From the IMG/VR virus record IMGVR_UViG_2061766007_000502: a stretch of DNA of 64,000 bases, one strand, 5' to 3'. This DNA comes from an uncultured virus (IMG/VR IMGVR_UViG_2061766007_000502) (lineage: Duplodnaviria > Heunggongvirae > Uroviricota > Caudoviricetes). Position numbers and translations under genes: made by a program. This document shows positions 9,884 through 20,962 of the stretch, piece after piece; positions within the stretch are counted from its first letter, which is position 1, and each line of letters starts with the position of its first letter. The notes under the pieces are model-generated. The model made no database searches and was not told the DNA's origin. It saw only the letters and a program-made list of their open reading frames with translations.

Positions 9884-10576
9884 ATGATAGCGAATGGTAA
9901 ACTATATGGTGTTCTGAATGGCAGTTTAACTGAACAGCAGAAACTGAACTCAGCAGAACTGCACAGACTGTCTGACAATCTGAAGCAATTCAGTGATGAT
10001 TGTCAGAAGAATCATATGTTCAAAGCATTCGATATGACTGATGATTATTCCGTCCGTATTATAACAGAACGTCCGGAAGATACATTGACTATTGCAGTTA
10101 TGTACAGGATGTGGATAAGAAAACAGACACCTGAAGATAATGCATATATGTATGATATGAAGTTCTCTATCGGCATCGGAGAAGCCAATGCCAATTATAG
10201 TGACATAATGATGATGTCTGGCTGTGCATTCATATTCTCTAAATGGGAATATGACAATATGAAATTCGGTGAGAAAATCAGAATTGGAACATGTTTTTCA
10301 GATTCTGATAACCATTATCTTGATCTTTTCGCTAAATGTATGTCTGGGATAGTCAGCACTATGTCAAAAAGACAGTCAAGCATCTGTTATGAAATGCTTG
10401 CTGTTGATAATGTCAAGACAGATAATGTTATAGAAAGAGTGTATGCAAAAAACAATAGAATGACACGCTATATGAAATCAATTCCCATAAAACTTATACG
10501 GAAGACATTACAGCACTATGCTGACAAAATTTTAAATTTGACGTCTTCAATAGATATAAATAGAGAGTTGGTATAA
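9884..10576 (+). CDS. Hypothetical protein, possibly SatD-like
   Basis: DMKFSIGIGE...SGCAF segment resembles the SatD family. Confidence 0.45.
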   Translation: MIANGKLYGVLNGSLTEQQKLNSAELHRLSDNLKQFSDDCQKNHMFKAFDMTDDYSVRIITERPEDTLTIAVMYRMWIRKQTPEDNAYMYDMKFSIGIGEANANYSDIMMMSGCAFIFSKWEYDNMKFGEKIRIGTCFSDSDNHYLDLFAKCMSGIVSTMSKRQSSICYEMLAVDNVKTDNVIERVYAKNNRMTRYMKSIPIKLIRKTLQHYADKILNLTSSIDINRELV

Positions 10577-10745
10577 TAACATAAACATAAAAATGCCATT
10601 AGAACTGTATAAATCAAAATACAAATCTAATGGCANNNNNNNNNNNNNNNNNNNNNNNNNNNNNNNNNNNNNNNNNNNNNNNNNNNNNNNNNNNNNNNNN
10701 NNNNNNNNNNNNNNNNNNNNNNNNNNNNNNNNNNNNNNNNNNNNN

Positions 10746-11011
10746 TTGAGTTTATCTTTATATGGATAATAATCAACAGCAGAAAGCCTTACAATACGTT
10801 TCAGAATAGGTCTTTCATTCTGATGCTGACAATCCGTATTCCATGAATAATCTAATCTGTTTCCAGAACAGTATAGATTGTGCTTCTTACAATACACCTA
10901 CTTCATTTTCTACCGGATTGCTTTATTAGTAATATGATTATCCTTATCTATTCTATTTTGAATCATGCCTTTGTTATCTTTACAAACATACTTGTGTATA
11001 AAAACAGTCAT
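10746..11011 (-). CDS. Hypothetical protein downstream of the mini-array (3' end in N gap)
   Basis: Open from ATG 11011 (or 10966) with two in-frame TAGs into MYCKKHNLYC...; runs into Ns. Confidence 0.4.
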
Positions 11012-11023
11012 GAAACTTGATAC

Positions 11024-11115
11024 ATCTACTAAATGTAGAAAATGTTAGTTATAACAAAATCAGCACAGCTTTTAGTCGATTATCTACTAAAAATAGAAAT
11101 TGATGATTTACAGAC
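11024..11115 (-). CRISPR. Degenerate type V-A mini-array: 2 repeats, one ~26-nt spacer plus a possible trailing guide
   Basis: Repeat 1 GTCTGTAAATCATCAATTTCTATTTTTAGTAGAT (11082-11115); repeat 2 GTTATAACTAACATTTTCTACATTTAGTAGAT (11024-11055). Both end in the Cas12a handle (A/T)TTTCTAY-loop-GTAGAT. Spacer AATCGACTAAAAGCTGTGCTGATTTT. Confidence 0.8.
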
Positions 11116-11159
11116 AGTTGCCTGTGCAATATGTGATTATACCACACAAGCAACTGTCT
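11112..11159 (-). other. 15-bp hairpin between the cas12a stop and repeat 1
   Basis: agacagttgcctgtg / cacaagcaactgtct (one G-U on the minus strand). Confidence 0.7.
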
Positions 11160-11167
11160 TTATATCA

Positions 11168-14100
11168 TTACTTAGAATAAGGCTTGCTCTGCACAAACTT
11201 GAACCAGTCCTCATCCTTGATGTATTCAAGATAACCCTTATCATTGACAGGGAAGTCATTGTGGAGCCAGTACAGACCCTTAATCGCGATGTTGTATGCA
11301 TCATTAGCATCAGCATCCATAATACCCATACTGTTGTTAGTTCCTGTAATGAATGGATTCTCAGAAGCAACTGGAGAAATGTCAAAGCCGACATTATCAC
11401 CATTATAGTTCCTCATCTTCAGCATACACTTGAAGATGTTCCACAGCTCAACCAGTTTGCTTTCATCAAGCTCAGAAACTGTCTTTACAGACACGTCAGT
11501 GTATTGAATACCAACCTTATCGAAGAAGTTGCAGAACAGACCAGTCAGAACCTCAAGACGTTTATTCTTGCCGTAATTTCTCATTCCATGTGAAGACAGA
11601 GTCCACACATTAGTGTAGTCATTGCGGATTGTCTTGAAGTTGCGGTAGTCAAACGTGAAGTAGAACATACTATTTTTGTATGTAATTTCATTGAATGAGC
11701 CGAAGAACTTCTGCAGACTCTCAGCAGGCTTCTTCATATTGAACAGGTTCACGAAGCCGGTTGAAGGATCCATCATTGATGTATATGCAGCAGGAACATA
11801 GAATATCCAACCGTTCTGCTTGCCAAGTTCGTTGAAATTAGCCGGAGCAGTCAACTGCAATCCATCACGGACAGTTCCGCAAGTTTCGTTTGCGTTTCTC
11901 TTGAACACCAGGTAGTTCAGTTTGTCCATTAGCATTTTCTCGAAGTTCTGGTACACCTGACGCTCAATCTTATAGCGTCCACGCTTGAACTCGCTGTCGA
12001 GATTCTCCATAATCACAATCGCATTGTAGCGGAATATGAGAGATGAAATCTCGTGGACTACCTGAGAAAGATAACCGTTCTTCAGGTCTTTAATCTTCTC
12101 AATCGTAGTCCAGTTCTTCCTTGCCTCGTCACGGTTCTTCTCGACTTGCTTCATCTTCTCCATATAGTTATAGTTCCCGATCAGGTTATAACTACGCGGA
12201 GTAATGATGTTCTTACCGTGCTGATCGATTACAGATACATAGATGAGGTTGTTCTCACCACGGTCAATACCGATGATGTTGATGTCTCTCTTGTTAGCGC
12301 GGAAATTGTCAAGAACACTTTTGTTGAACTGATATAGTGACGGTGTTTCAGCTGCTACATTGTAGTTGATGACAATAGGTACATGGAAGAAGAACTTGTT
12401 CTCATAGTATCGTCTGTTCTTGACGATTTCATGTTTAGCCTTCCTTGTCTTGAGTTTAGGAAGAAGTTCTTTTTCTTTGTCAGTCAGTTGAATGTCTGCA
12501 CCATTGAGGAACAACATCAATCTCTTGTAGAGAGTACCTTCAATCGGAGTGCCGTCAGCAAATGTCTTGTTGACAAGAGTAGAACCCTTTCTGTGCTTGT
12601 AAGGTTTCTCTTCGGTTATAGCTTCCCTGAAGAAGAACTTGACACCCTGACTTGAGAGTTTATATACCGGATTCTTCATATTCTCTTCTGAGAACAGTTC
12701 TTTCCAGTATAGTGTATGAAGGTTCGGAGTTCCGTACGAACCGCTGTTGAAATCCTTGTTAGTGATGTTGAATAACAACATCTTGTTTTCATTTTGTAGG
12801 GTATATAGATACTCGAACGAAATTGGTCTCAACGACACAGCATAGCAGATAGTCTGGGTGTGGTCGCAGAATTCCTTGATTGACTTGTACTCGGAACTAT
12901 CCTTCCACAAAGACCTGAAATTCTCACTGAACATAGAGAAAGAACTGTGCTTTGACAGACCGACCTTCAAGTAGTCAATCATCTTTCTTGTGAAATCCGG
13001 ATATTTCTTGTTGAACTCCTTGAGTTTAGCGGCACCGCTGATGCCTCTCTTCTCATTGTACATATCACTGATAGTCTCGATAGGCAGATTGTACTCAGTC
13101 ACAGCAGGAGCAAGCTTAGTGCCTTTGGAGTAGAAGAACAAACGAGACAAGTTCTTGAAATCAGTCTTCTGTTGCTTAGACTCCACAAGACTCGCTGTGT
13201 TGCCGGCATACAGTCTTTCTGTATCTACATTGCTAATCTTGTCGATGTACATAGCAAGATAGTACTTACCATCTTTGATGATAATGCTACAGTCATTCCA
13301 GCCGTTGGCACGGGTTGGAGAGTCAAACTTCAGCTCAATCTTACCACCGTTAGACAACTTACGTGTCAGGTAATTACGGACCTTGTTATATAGAGGGATT
13401 ATCTGTGTGATGGTGAGCTCATCTTCAGACTCAAAAAGAGCATTATATGCAACATAGAAATCGTCTTTGTCAAGAGAATCCATCTTCTTGTTGAGACGCA
13501 ACAGATTGACAACGTTAAACAACTCAATATAATTGTCAAGGACTGTCTTTATGATCTCTTTGGCACTATCATCCTTGATAGACACATTGCCTGACTTATA
13601 CCCATTCATCAGTTCTTTGAACTGAATAATACGGGCATTATTACATATGTCAATGTATGATTTGTCAGACCATGTCTTAGTCTCAGAATCACATTTGTGA
13701 GCGACAAGACGACCTAACACATCCAACAGAGTCACAGAAGACTGAATCTCCTTTGATATTTCATATGATGCTTTTTGAGTTTGAGCCACAGAGAAGCACT
13801 TCTTGGCAAGCCAAGAATCTATTTTCTCGTCAATTTCAGCCTGACCCTTCTTAGTCTTGCTGTTCACTGTCATAGCACGGAGTTTCTCACCAAGTGCATT
13901 CCAGTTTGAACCACCGTACATCATAGCAGATAACTTGGTCAAGTTAGTGCCTTGAATGTAAACCTTTTCGAGATTGACAGTACCGTCAAGAAGACTGCCC
14001 ATAGTCTCTTTAATGCGCGTCATCAGTTTGGATGACTCAACTTCATCAAGAAATGATGATATGCTCTGCATCAATTCATCATCAGACCCAAACTGTTCCG

Positions 14101-15076
14101 GAATGAAAGACAAACGAACTCTGTCACTCAGGATCTGTTTGAATAGTTGAGTCATCTTCAGGTTACGAAGTTTGTAATTTGTATCTGGATGACTCTGAAT
14201 GTACTCATTGCCGATACTGTTGATACCTATGACGTTCTCATTAGGATTGCCGCCGATAATCCAGTTATACACTTCAATGCCCTGCTGAGAGATACAATTG
14301 TTGTAATACTCCGGCTTGAATACATCATCAAGAGTCTTACCATTTAGTTGTGCCTGAAGAGAATTCTCAGCAATTTTCAGTTCATCCGGACAGATCTCCT
14401 TGAGTTTCTCATACACCTTGATGTTATCTAAGAACTTTGGGAAGTTCTCGTTCACTACTCTGTTGGCAATAGATGTTGTCTTATCCTCATGAGAATACAT
14501 ATTCATCCTGTTGTCTTTGTAAATATCAAAGAATGCAGAGAAATTAGCAAATGAATCAATTGCTTCCAACATGTCTTCTCTGGTGGCATTCATCTTCGGA
14601 TTACTATTCTGGACAGTCTCAATGAAGTTGTTTTCATTGTTCTCCACCATATACCTTATCTGCTCTGAGATAAGATTCTTGAACTCAGCTGACATATACT
14701 TCCACCAAACATGAGACTCAAATGACTTACGGATAGACTTTCGCATTTCTTCCTGAAGAGTCTTGTAGTCGTCTGATTTGTTGATGTATGCTTCAGCAAT
14801 CTGCTGCCAAGTGACAACAGTTTCGCTAAATTGAGAAAGCACTCGACTGATGAATATCTTATGCCACTGATCAAGCATTGCCTTCATCAGAGGGTATTTC
14901 TCATGTCTGCCGTCGTCAGACATATACAGTTTATGAAGTCTATCATCTTCATTGCCGTTAATATAACGGTTCCAGAAATCTTCTGTCGTCTCACCGGACT
15001 TCAGCATCGGTTTGAGCTCAAACCTCAAGGTCTTAGAAATTTGATAAAGACCTGTAAAATTTTCTACATTACGCAT
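11168..15076 (-). CDS. cas12a: Type V-A CRISPR effector Cas12a (Cpf1), 1302 aa
   Basis: SKTLRFELKP, ENFPKFLDN, LFKQILSDR, LYNKVRNYLT, PNLHTLYW; RuvC-I IIGIDRGE, RuvC-II IMENL, RuvC-III DADAN; Nuc LKMRN. Confidence 0.95.
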   Translation of the reverse strand: MRNVENFTGLYQISKTLRFELKPMLKSGETTEDFWNRYINGNEDDRLHKLYMSDDGRHEKYPLMKAMLDQWHKIFISRVLSQFSETVVTWQQIAEAYINKSDDYKTLQEEMRKSIRKSFESHVWWKYMSAEFKNLISEQIRYMVENNENNFIETVQNSNPKMNATREDMLEAIDSFANFSAFFDIYKDNRMNMYSHEDKTTSIANRVVNENFPKFLDNIKVYEKLKEICPDELKIAENSLQAQLNGKTLDDVFKPEYYNNCISQQGIEVYNWIIGGNPNENVIGINSIGNEYIQSHPDTNYKLRNLKMTQLFKQILSDRVRLSFIPEQFGSDDELMQSISSFLDEVESSKLMTRIKETMGSLLDGTVNLEKVYIQGTNLTKLSAMMYGGSNWNALGEKLRAMTVNSKTKKGQAEIDEKIDSWLAKKCFSVAQTQKASYEISKEIQSSVTLLDVLGRLVAHKCDSETKTWSDKSYIDICNNARIIQFKELMNGYKSGNVSIKDDSAKEIIKTVLDNYIELFNVVNLLRLNKKMDSLDKDDFYVAYNALFESEDELTITQIIPLYNKVRNYLTRKLSNGGKIELKFDSPTRANGWNDCSIIIKDGKYYLAMYIDKISNVDTERLYAGNTASLVESKQQKTDFKNLSRLFFYSKGTKLAPAVTEYNLPIETISDMYNEKRGISGAAKLKEFNKKYPDFTRKMIDYLKVGLSKHSSFSMFSENFRSLWKDSSEYKSIKEFCDHTQTICYAVSLRPISFEYLYTLQNENKMLLFNITNKDFNSGSYGTPNLHTLYWKELFSEENMKNPVYKLSSQGVKFFFREAITEEKPYKHRKGSTLVNKTFADGTPIEGTLYKRLMLFLNGADIQLTDKEKELLPKLKTRKAKHEIVKNRRYYENKFFFHVPIVINYNVAAETPSLYQFNKSVLDNFRANKRDINIIGIDRGENNLIYVSVIDQHGKNIITPRSYNLIGNYNYMEKMKQVEKNRDEARKNWTTIEKIKDLKNGYLSQVVHEISSLIFRYNAIVIMENLDSEFKRGRYKIERQVYQNFEKMLMDKLNYLVFKRNANETCGTVRDGLQLTAPANFNELGKQNGWIFYVPAAYTSMMDPSTGFVNLFNMKKPAESLQKFFGSFNEITYKNSMFYFTFDYRNFKTIRNDYTNVWTLSSHGMRNYGKNKRLEVLTGLFCNFFDKVGIQYTDVSVKTVSELDESKLVELWNIFKCMLKMRNYNGDNVGFDISPVASENPFITGTNNSMGIMDADANDAYNIAIKGLYWLHNDFPVNDKGYLEYIKDEDWFKFVQSKPYSK

Positions 15077-15252
15077 ACTGTTTAACTGTTTTTAATTGTT
15101 TATATAATAAATTATTTTAAGTATTTCTTTATAGGTGGAANNNNNNNNNNNNNNNNNNNNNNNNNNNNNNNNNNNNNNNNNNNNNNNNNNNNNNNNNNNN
15201 NNNNNNNNNNNNNNNNNNNNNNNNNNNNNNAATAAAAATTAAGGTTATAACT

Positions 15253-18200
15253 ATGGGTTTAATTTATACTAATCCACAAAAATTCAATTCAGGTATTCAT
15301 TTAAATGGTGCTACACCTTTGGATGACAGACTCCAGATAAATGACATTTCAGATATTTACATCAGCAATACTACAACCGGAACTGCCGGTTGTGCTATTT
15401 ACGGTATGGCTTATGATGGTATGGTTATATCTGTGGTTGATCCGAATCACGATCACTCTAAAGATGTAATTCTCATACAGTTGAAAGATGCGACTCCGTA
15501 CAAATACGGTTCTCCTGGTGAAGTTAATGAAAATAACTACACTGAGTACTGGACTGTATCTATTAGCGGTGATGTGTCATTCGACACAAGCGTGATTGAT
15601 GCAAGCATCCATAATATTCAGACTGAAATTGCTTAGATTAAACAAAAGAACATCAGTCAGGATTCAAGTCTGAATACATTTGACTCAAGTATTCGTGACT
15701 TATATAACAAACCAGAAATACAAGCATCCCCTGTATATTAGAAAGATGGACAGAGTGGCTATGTTCTCGGTGATATAAATGATGCTCCGGGGGAAAATGC
15801 TTTTGCAGAAGGTTATGGAACAAATGCATCCGGTTTTTATTCTCATGCTGAGGGAGAAGATACAACTGCATCCGGTGACTATTCTCATGCTGAAGGTTAT
15901 AGTACAAATACATCTGGTAATTACGGTTCTCATGCAGAAGGTTAGAGTACAATTGCATCCGGCAACAGTGCTCATGCTGAAGGTCATAATACAATTGCAT
16001 CCGGCAACAGTGCTCATGCTGAAGGTGGTTCGGAATAGACAATGATTTTAGTTAAAAAAAATTACATTGCTGGTGATAATGAGATTTTTGTAGAAAGTGA
16101 TGTTCCAAAAAAAGCATTATTAACATATAATAATGAATATGCTGTTGTAGAATATAGTGGATATGATTCAGAACAACAAGCATATCTATTAGATTTACAA
16201 ACATCATTTTCATTTGATATTAATGCTAATATGCGAATAGCAATGTATAAAACTGCAAGTGGTTAGTATTCTCATATAGAAGGTTATAATACACATGCAT
16301 CCGGTGATTAGTCTCATGCTGAAGGTGACGGTACAACTGCATCTGGTGAATCATCTCATGCAGAAGGTTAGAGTACAATTGCATCTGGTGAGTCATCTCA
16401 TACAGAAGGTTAGAGTACAATTGCATCTGGTAACTGTTCTCATACAGAAGGTATTGATACTATTGCATATGGTATAGCATCTCATGTTGAAGGAGAAATG
16501 ATAGCAGCAGCTGGTAGGGGTTCTCATGCTGAAGGGGGTCAATCTTATTCATCTGATAGTAAATTCACTCTTACAAAAGATTATCAAGGTAGTAATAGCA
16601 TTTATGTTGAATATAATAGTATTTTTGGAGAAACTACTGAAGGTGATCTAAAATTGCTGTTAAAATATAATAATGAATATGTTCTTACAACAAGTTATTA
16701 TTATGATGAAGATGAACAATCATATGTATTAATCATGGATGGTTATTTATCTTCTGAAAATGAAATTCCTACTGGTACAGAAATTAATTATATTGAAAGT
16801 GGTGCTTTTGGTGATTATTCTCATTCAGAAGGTTATAGTAATGCATCTGGTGAATATTCTCATGCAGAAGGATATTGGACAATTGCATCTGGTGAACGAT
16901 CTCATGCTGAAGGTAGCAGTACAACTGCATCTGGTAATTACGGTTCTCATGCAGAAGGTGATCAAACAATTGCATCTGGTGAATCATCTCATGCTGAAGG
17001 TTTAAATAGTACAGCATCTGGTTAGGCAGCTCATGCAGAAGGATTTGATACAAAAGCAACTGGTGAAATGTCTCATGCTGAAGGTTTAAATAATACAGCA
17101 TCTGGTTAGGCAACTCATGCAGAAGGCTATGGTTCTATTGCAGTTGGTGACTATTCTCATACAGAAGGTAAAGCATTAGCAGTTGGTGAATATTCTCATG
17201 CAGAAGGAATATGTGACTCACATGATGAATTGATTTTAACACAAGCATATAGACAAGGTGCTACAACTTTATATGTTGATAGAAATGATGTTTCTATTGG
17301 TACACCTATTAATTATGATAATGAATATCGAGTAGTTGAAGAGTCTGGTGAAGGTTATATAGAATTAAATGAAGGTTTTTCTTTTGATATACAAATCAGA
17401 GGAAAAGTTTATATATATGGTGGTGCAGGTGGCAAGTATTCACATTCTGAGGGAGAAAATTGTACTGCTGCCGGTGATTATTCTCATGCTGAAGGAACCA
17501 GTGTGACTGCTTTAGGATATGCTGCTCATGCAGAGGGTGGTGCTACAACTGCATTTGGTGATTAGTCTCATGCAGAAGGTGAAAGCACAACTGCATCTGG
17601 CACCAGTGCTCATGCAGAAGGTGGCAATACAACTGCATCTGGAGAATCATCTCATGCAGAAGGTGGCAGTACAACTGCATCTGGAGAATCATCTCATGCT
17701 GAAGGTGAAAGTACAACTGCATCTGGTGAAGCATCTCATGCAGAAGGTTATGATACATCTGCAATGAGTAATTATTCTCATGCTGAAGGATATAGCACAC
17801 AAACTACTAATGAAGCAGAACATGCATCTGGTAAGTACAACAAATCAACATCAGGAAAGACTCGGTTCTCAGTTGGCATCGGCACAGCAACCAACAAGAG
17901 AAAGAATGCATTTGAGATTACTATTGATGGTAGTGTATATATTAATGATATCGGCGGATATAACGGAACAAATGTCACATCAGCAAAGAATATTCAAAAT
18001 GTAGTAAAGACTATCAACTCTTCTGTCAATACACTTGATGCAAGTGTAAGAGATTTGTATATCAACGGCAGTAGTAGTGGCGGTTCCGGTAANNNNNNNN
18101 NNNNNNTAGAGTGGTTATGTTCTTGGTGATTCAAATGATGCTCCGGGAGAAAATGCTTTTGCATATGGTTATTATACAAATGCAGACGGTGACTATTCTC

Positions 18201-20749
18201 ACGCTGAAGGTTAGTATACAACAGCATCTGGTGAAAATTCTCATGCAGAAGGCTATGAAACTCGTACAGGTGGTGACTATTCTCATGCAGATGGTTATTA
18301 TACATATACTAGCAATGTTGGAGAACACGCATGTGGTAAATGTAATTATTCAACAAGCGGAAAAACTCAATTTTCTGTTGGTATCGGCACAGATCAATTT
18401 TATGACCGCAAAAATGCATTGGAGATTACTGATGATGGTAAAGTGTTCATCTATGATATTGGTAATTATAACGGAAGAAATATCGATGATGCATCTTCTT
18501 TACAAGATATTATTTCCGGTGGCGGTAGTAGTTCCGGTGGCGACGGTTATATATCATACACAGAGTATAAAGGATATATTCTCGGTGATAGTGGTAACAC
18601 AGCAGAAGGATAGGATTCTTTTGCTGAAGGAAATCAAACATCAGCAGGAGGTGACTATTCTCATGCAGAAGGATAGTCTACAATAGCATCCAGTTACTAT
18701 TCTCATGCAGAAGGATATTCCACAATTGCTAATAGTACCAGCGCTCATGCCGAAGGATATTCTACAATAGCAGGAGGTGACTATTCTCATGCCGAAGGTA
18801 TTAACTCATCAACAAGTGCTGATAGTGCTCATGCAGAGGGATATTATACATCTGCGTTTGGCAACTATTCTCACACAGAAGGATATTATACAACTGCATC
18901 TGATGAAGCAGCTCATGCAGAAGGTGATTATACAACAGCATCTGGTTATGCATCTCATGCAGAGGGTTAGTATACAAATGCAACTGGCGAGTCATCTCAT
19001 TCTGAAGGTTTGAATACAAATGCATCAGGTGCATATTCTCATGCAGAAGGTGAATATACTCAAACAACTAATGAAGCAGAACATGCATCAGGAATGTATA
19101 ATAATTCAACAGAAGACTTGACACAATTCTCAGTTGGTATCGGTACTGATGACGATGACCGCAAAAATGCATTTGAGATTACCAATGATGGTAAAGTATT
19201 CATCTATGATATTGGTAATTATGACGGTACTAATGTCGATGATGCATCTTCTTTACAAGATATTATTTCCGGCAGTGGCAGTGGCAGTGGTGATGGTGGT
19301 TATATAATATATAATGAAGATGAAGGATATGCTATTGGTGGTAATACTGCAACAGGAGAAGATTCATTTGCAGTAGGTTATAATACAACAGCATCCGGTC
19401 GAAATTCTCATGCTGAGGGTGCTATAACAACAGCATCTGGTGTTTATTCTCATGCTGAGGGTTATTAGACAACAGCATCTGGTGAATAGTCTCATGCTGA
19501 GGGTTCGGTAACAAATGCAACTGGTCAATCATCTCATACTGAAGGCACCAATACAACTGCATCAAAATGGTGTGCTCATGCTGAGGGTTATTAGACAACA
19601 GCATCTGGTGAATATTCTCATGCTGAAGGATAGAATACAATTACAACAGGTTATGTTACTCATGCAGAAGGTATAGATACATCAGCATTAGGACAATATT
19701 CTCATGCTGAAGGCAAGAGCACAATAGCAAATTTAAATAGTCATGCAGAAGGTTATCAGACTCAAGCAATGAATTATTCTCATGCAGAAGGTTATTAGAC
19801 ATTTGCATTCACAAAATCACATTCTGAAGGACAAAATACTTTTGCTATAAAAACATCACATGCAGAAGGAAATGGTACTGTTGCTTTATATAATCAATCA
19901 CATGCAGAGGGATATGGTAAGTTTTCAGGAACAAATGTAATTGAAATTACAAATGTTTCCGGAGAATATGAAGAACAAAAAACCATTACAACTGACACTG
20001 CTCTTAAAGTAGGAGATTTGATAATACAATATATAGATCCTCAAAATCAAGAATATAATTATAATCATTCAATACAATAGTATGATTTTGATGAAGGATG
20101 TTATGAAGTTGAAGAATTGCTAAATCAATCTGGTACAATTGTAAAACTTTCGGGTTTGTCAAAATATACTTCGATAAAAATAGGAAAATGTTATAAATTT
20201 ACACCTTCAGATGGCGGTGCTTTTGCAAATAATGCACATTCAGAAGGTTACCAAACTGTTGCAAATGGTTATGCATCTCATTCTGAAGGTGAGTATTCAA
20301 CTGCATCCGGTCAAAATTCTCATGCAGAAGGACATACTACAACTGCATCTGGAAGTTATGCTCATTCCGAAGGTGAGGTTACAACTGCATCTGGTAATTA
20401 CAGTTCTCATGCAGAAGGTCATCGGACAACTGCAGATGGTGAGTATGGTGCTCATGCAGAAGGATATTATACAACTGCATCTGGTGAATCTTCACATGCA
20501 GAAGGTAAAAATACTCAAACAACTAATGAAGCAGAACATGCATGTGGTAAATACAATTTATCTACTTTAAATCAAACATTATTTTCAATAGGTAACGGTA
20601 CATCTCCAACAACACGAAAGAATACTATTGAGGTTGATAAGAACGGAAATGTATATATTCAAGGTATAGGTGGTTATAATGGTAAAAATGCAACAGACAG
20701 TAGTAGTCTATAGGAAATAATTGACTTTTTAATGAGTCAGCATAGCTAA
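15253..20749 (+). CDS. Long SHAEG-repeat fibre/adhesin (YadA-head/Hep_Hag-like beta-roll), many in-frame TAGs
   Basis: Dozens of 14-aa (T)TASGxxSHAEG repeats in blocks capped by FSVGIG...RKNAFEIT..G.V.I modules. Continuous with TAG=Q except for a one-base frame offset across the N run at 18093-18106. Confidence 0.8.
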
Positions 20750-20761
20750 TCATTAATCAAA

Positions 20762-20802
20762 ACAGGAGAATCCGTTCATCAAAGTTCGGATTCTTTTGTT
20801 TT
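20762..20802 (+). terminator. Intrinsic terminator
   Basis: aacaggagaatccg / cggattcttttgtt stem. Confidence 0.6.
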
Positions 20803-20962
20803 GATAAATATTATAATATAACTACATTCGGATAACCCCGCCCAAATAACCACCTCTTCCTTGCGAGTATATTCCGGATGTAGTTTTTGTTTTCTTAAAA
20901 ATAGTTAATATATTTTCCAATTACAGAAATTATCATTATTTTTGCACTCGTAATCAGAAAAA

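Noticed and set aside
10920..11023. Third CRISPR repeat
   Set aside because: No further TTCTA...TAGAT handle found at the expected spacing.
15085..15096. Self-targeting of the cas12a 5' region by the trailing guide (shared ACTGTTTTTA)
   Set aside because: Only 10 AT-rich nt in the PAM-distal part with no seed match. The region further upstream (15141-15230) is masked, so autoregulation is untested rather than excluded.
18093..18106. Programmed frameshift in the fibre gene
   Set aside because: The frame offset coincides with an N run of uncertain length.
15830..20520. Periodic tctcatgcagaagg repeats resembling a CRISPR array
   Set aside because: The 42-nt period with synonymous variation is a protein repeat.
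15653..20570. Many short ORFs rich in MQKV/LHLV/HQMQL
   Set aside because: Off-frame and antisense shadows of the SHAEG repeat gene.
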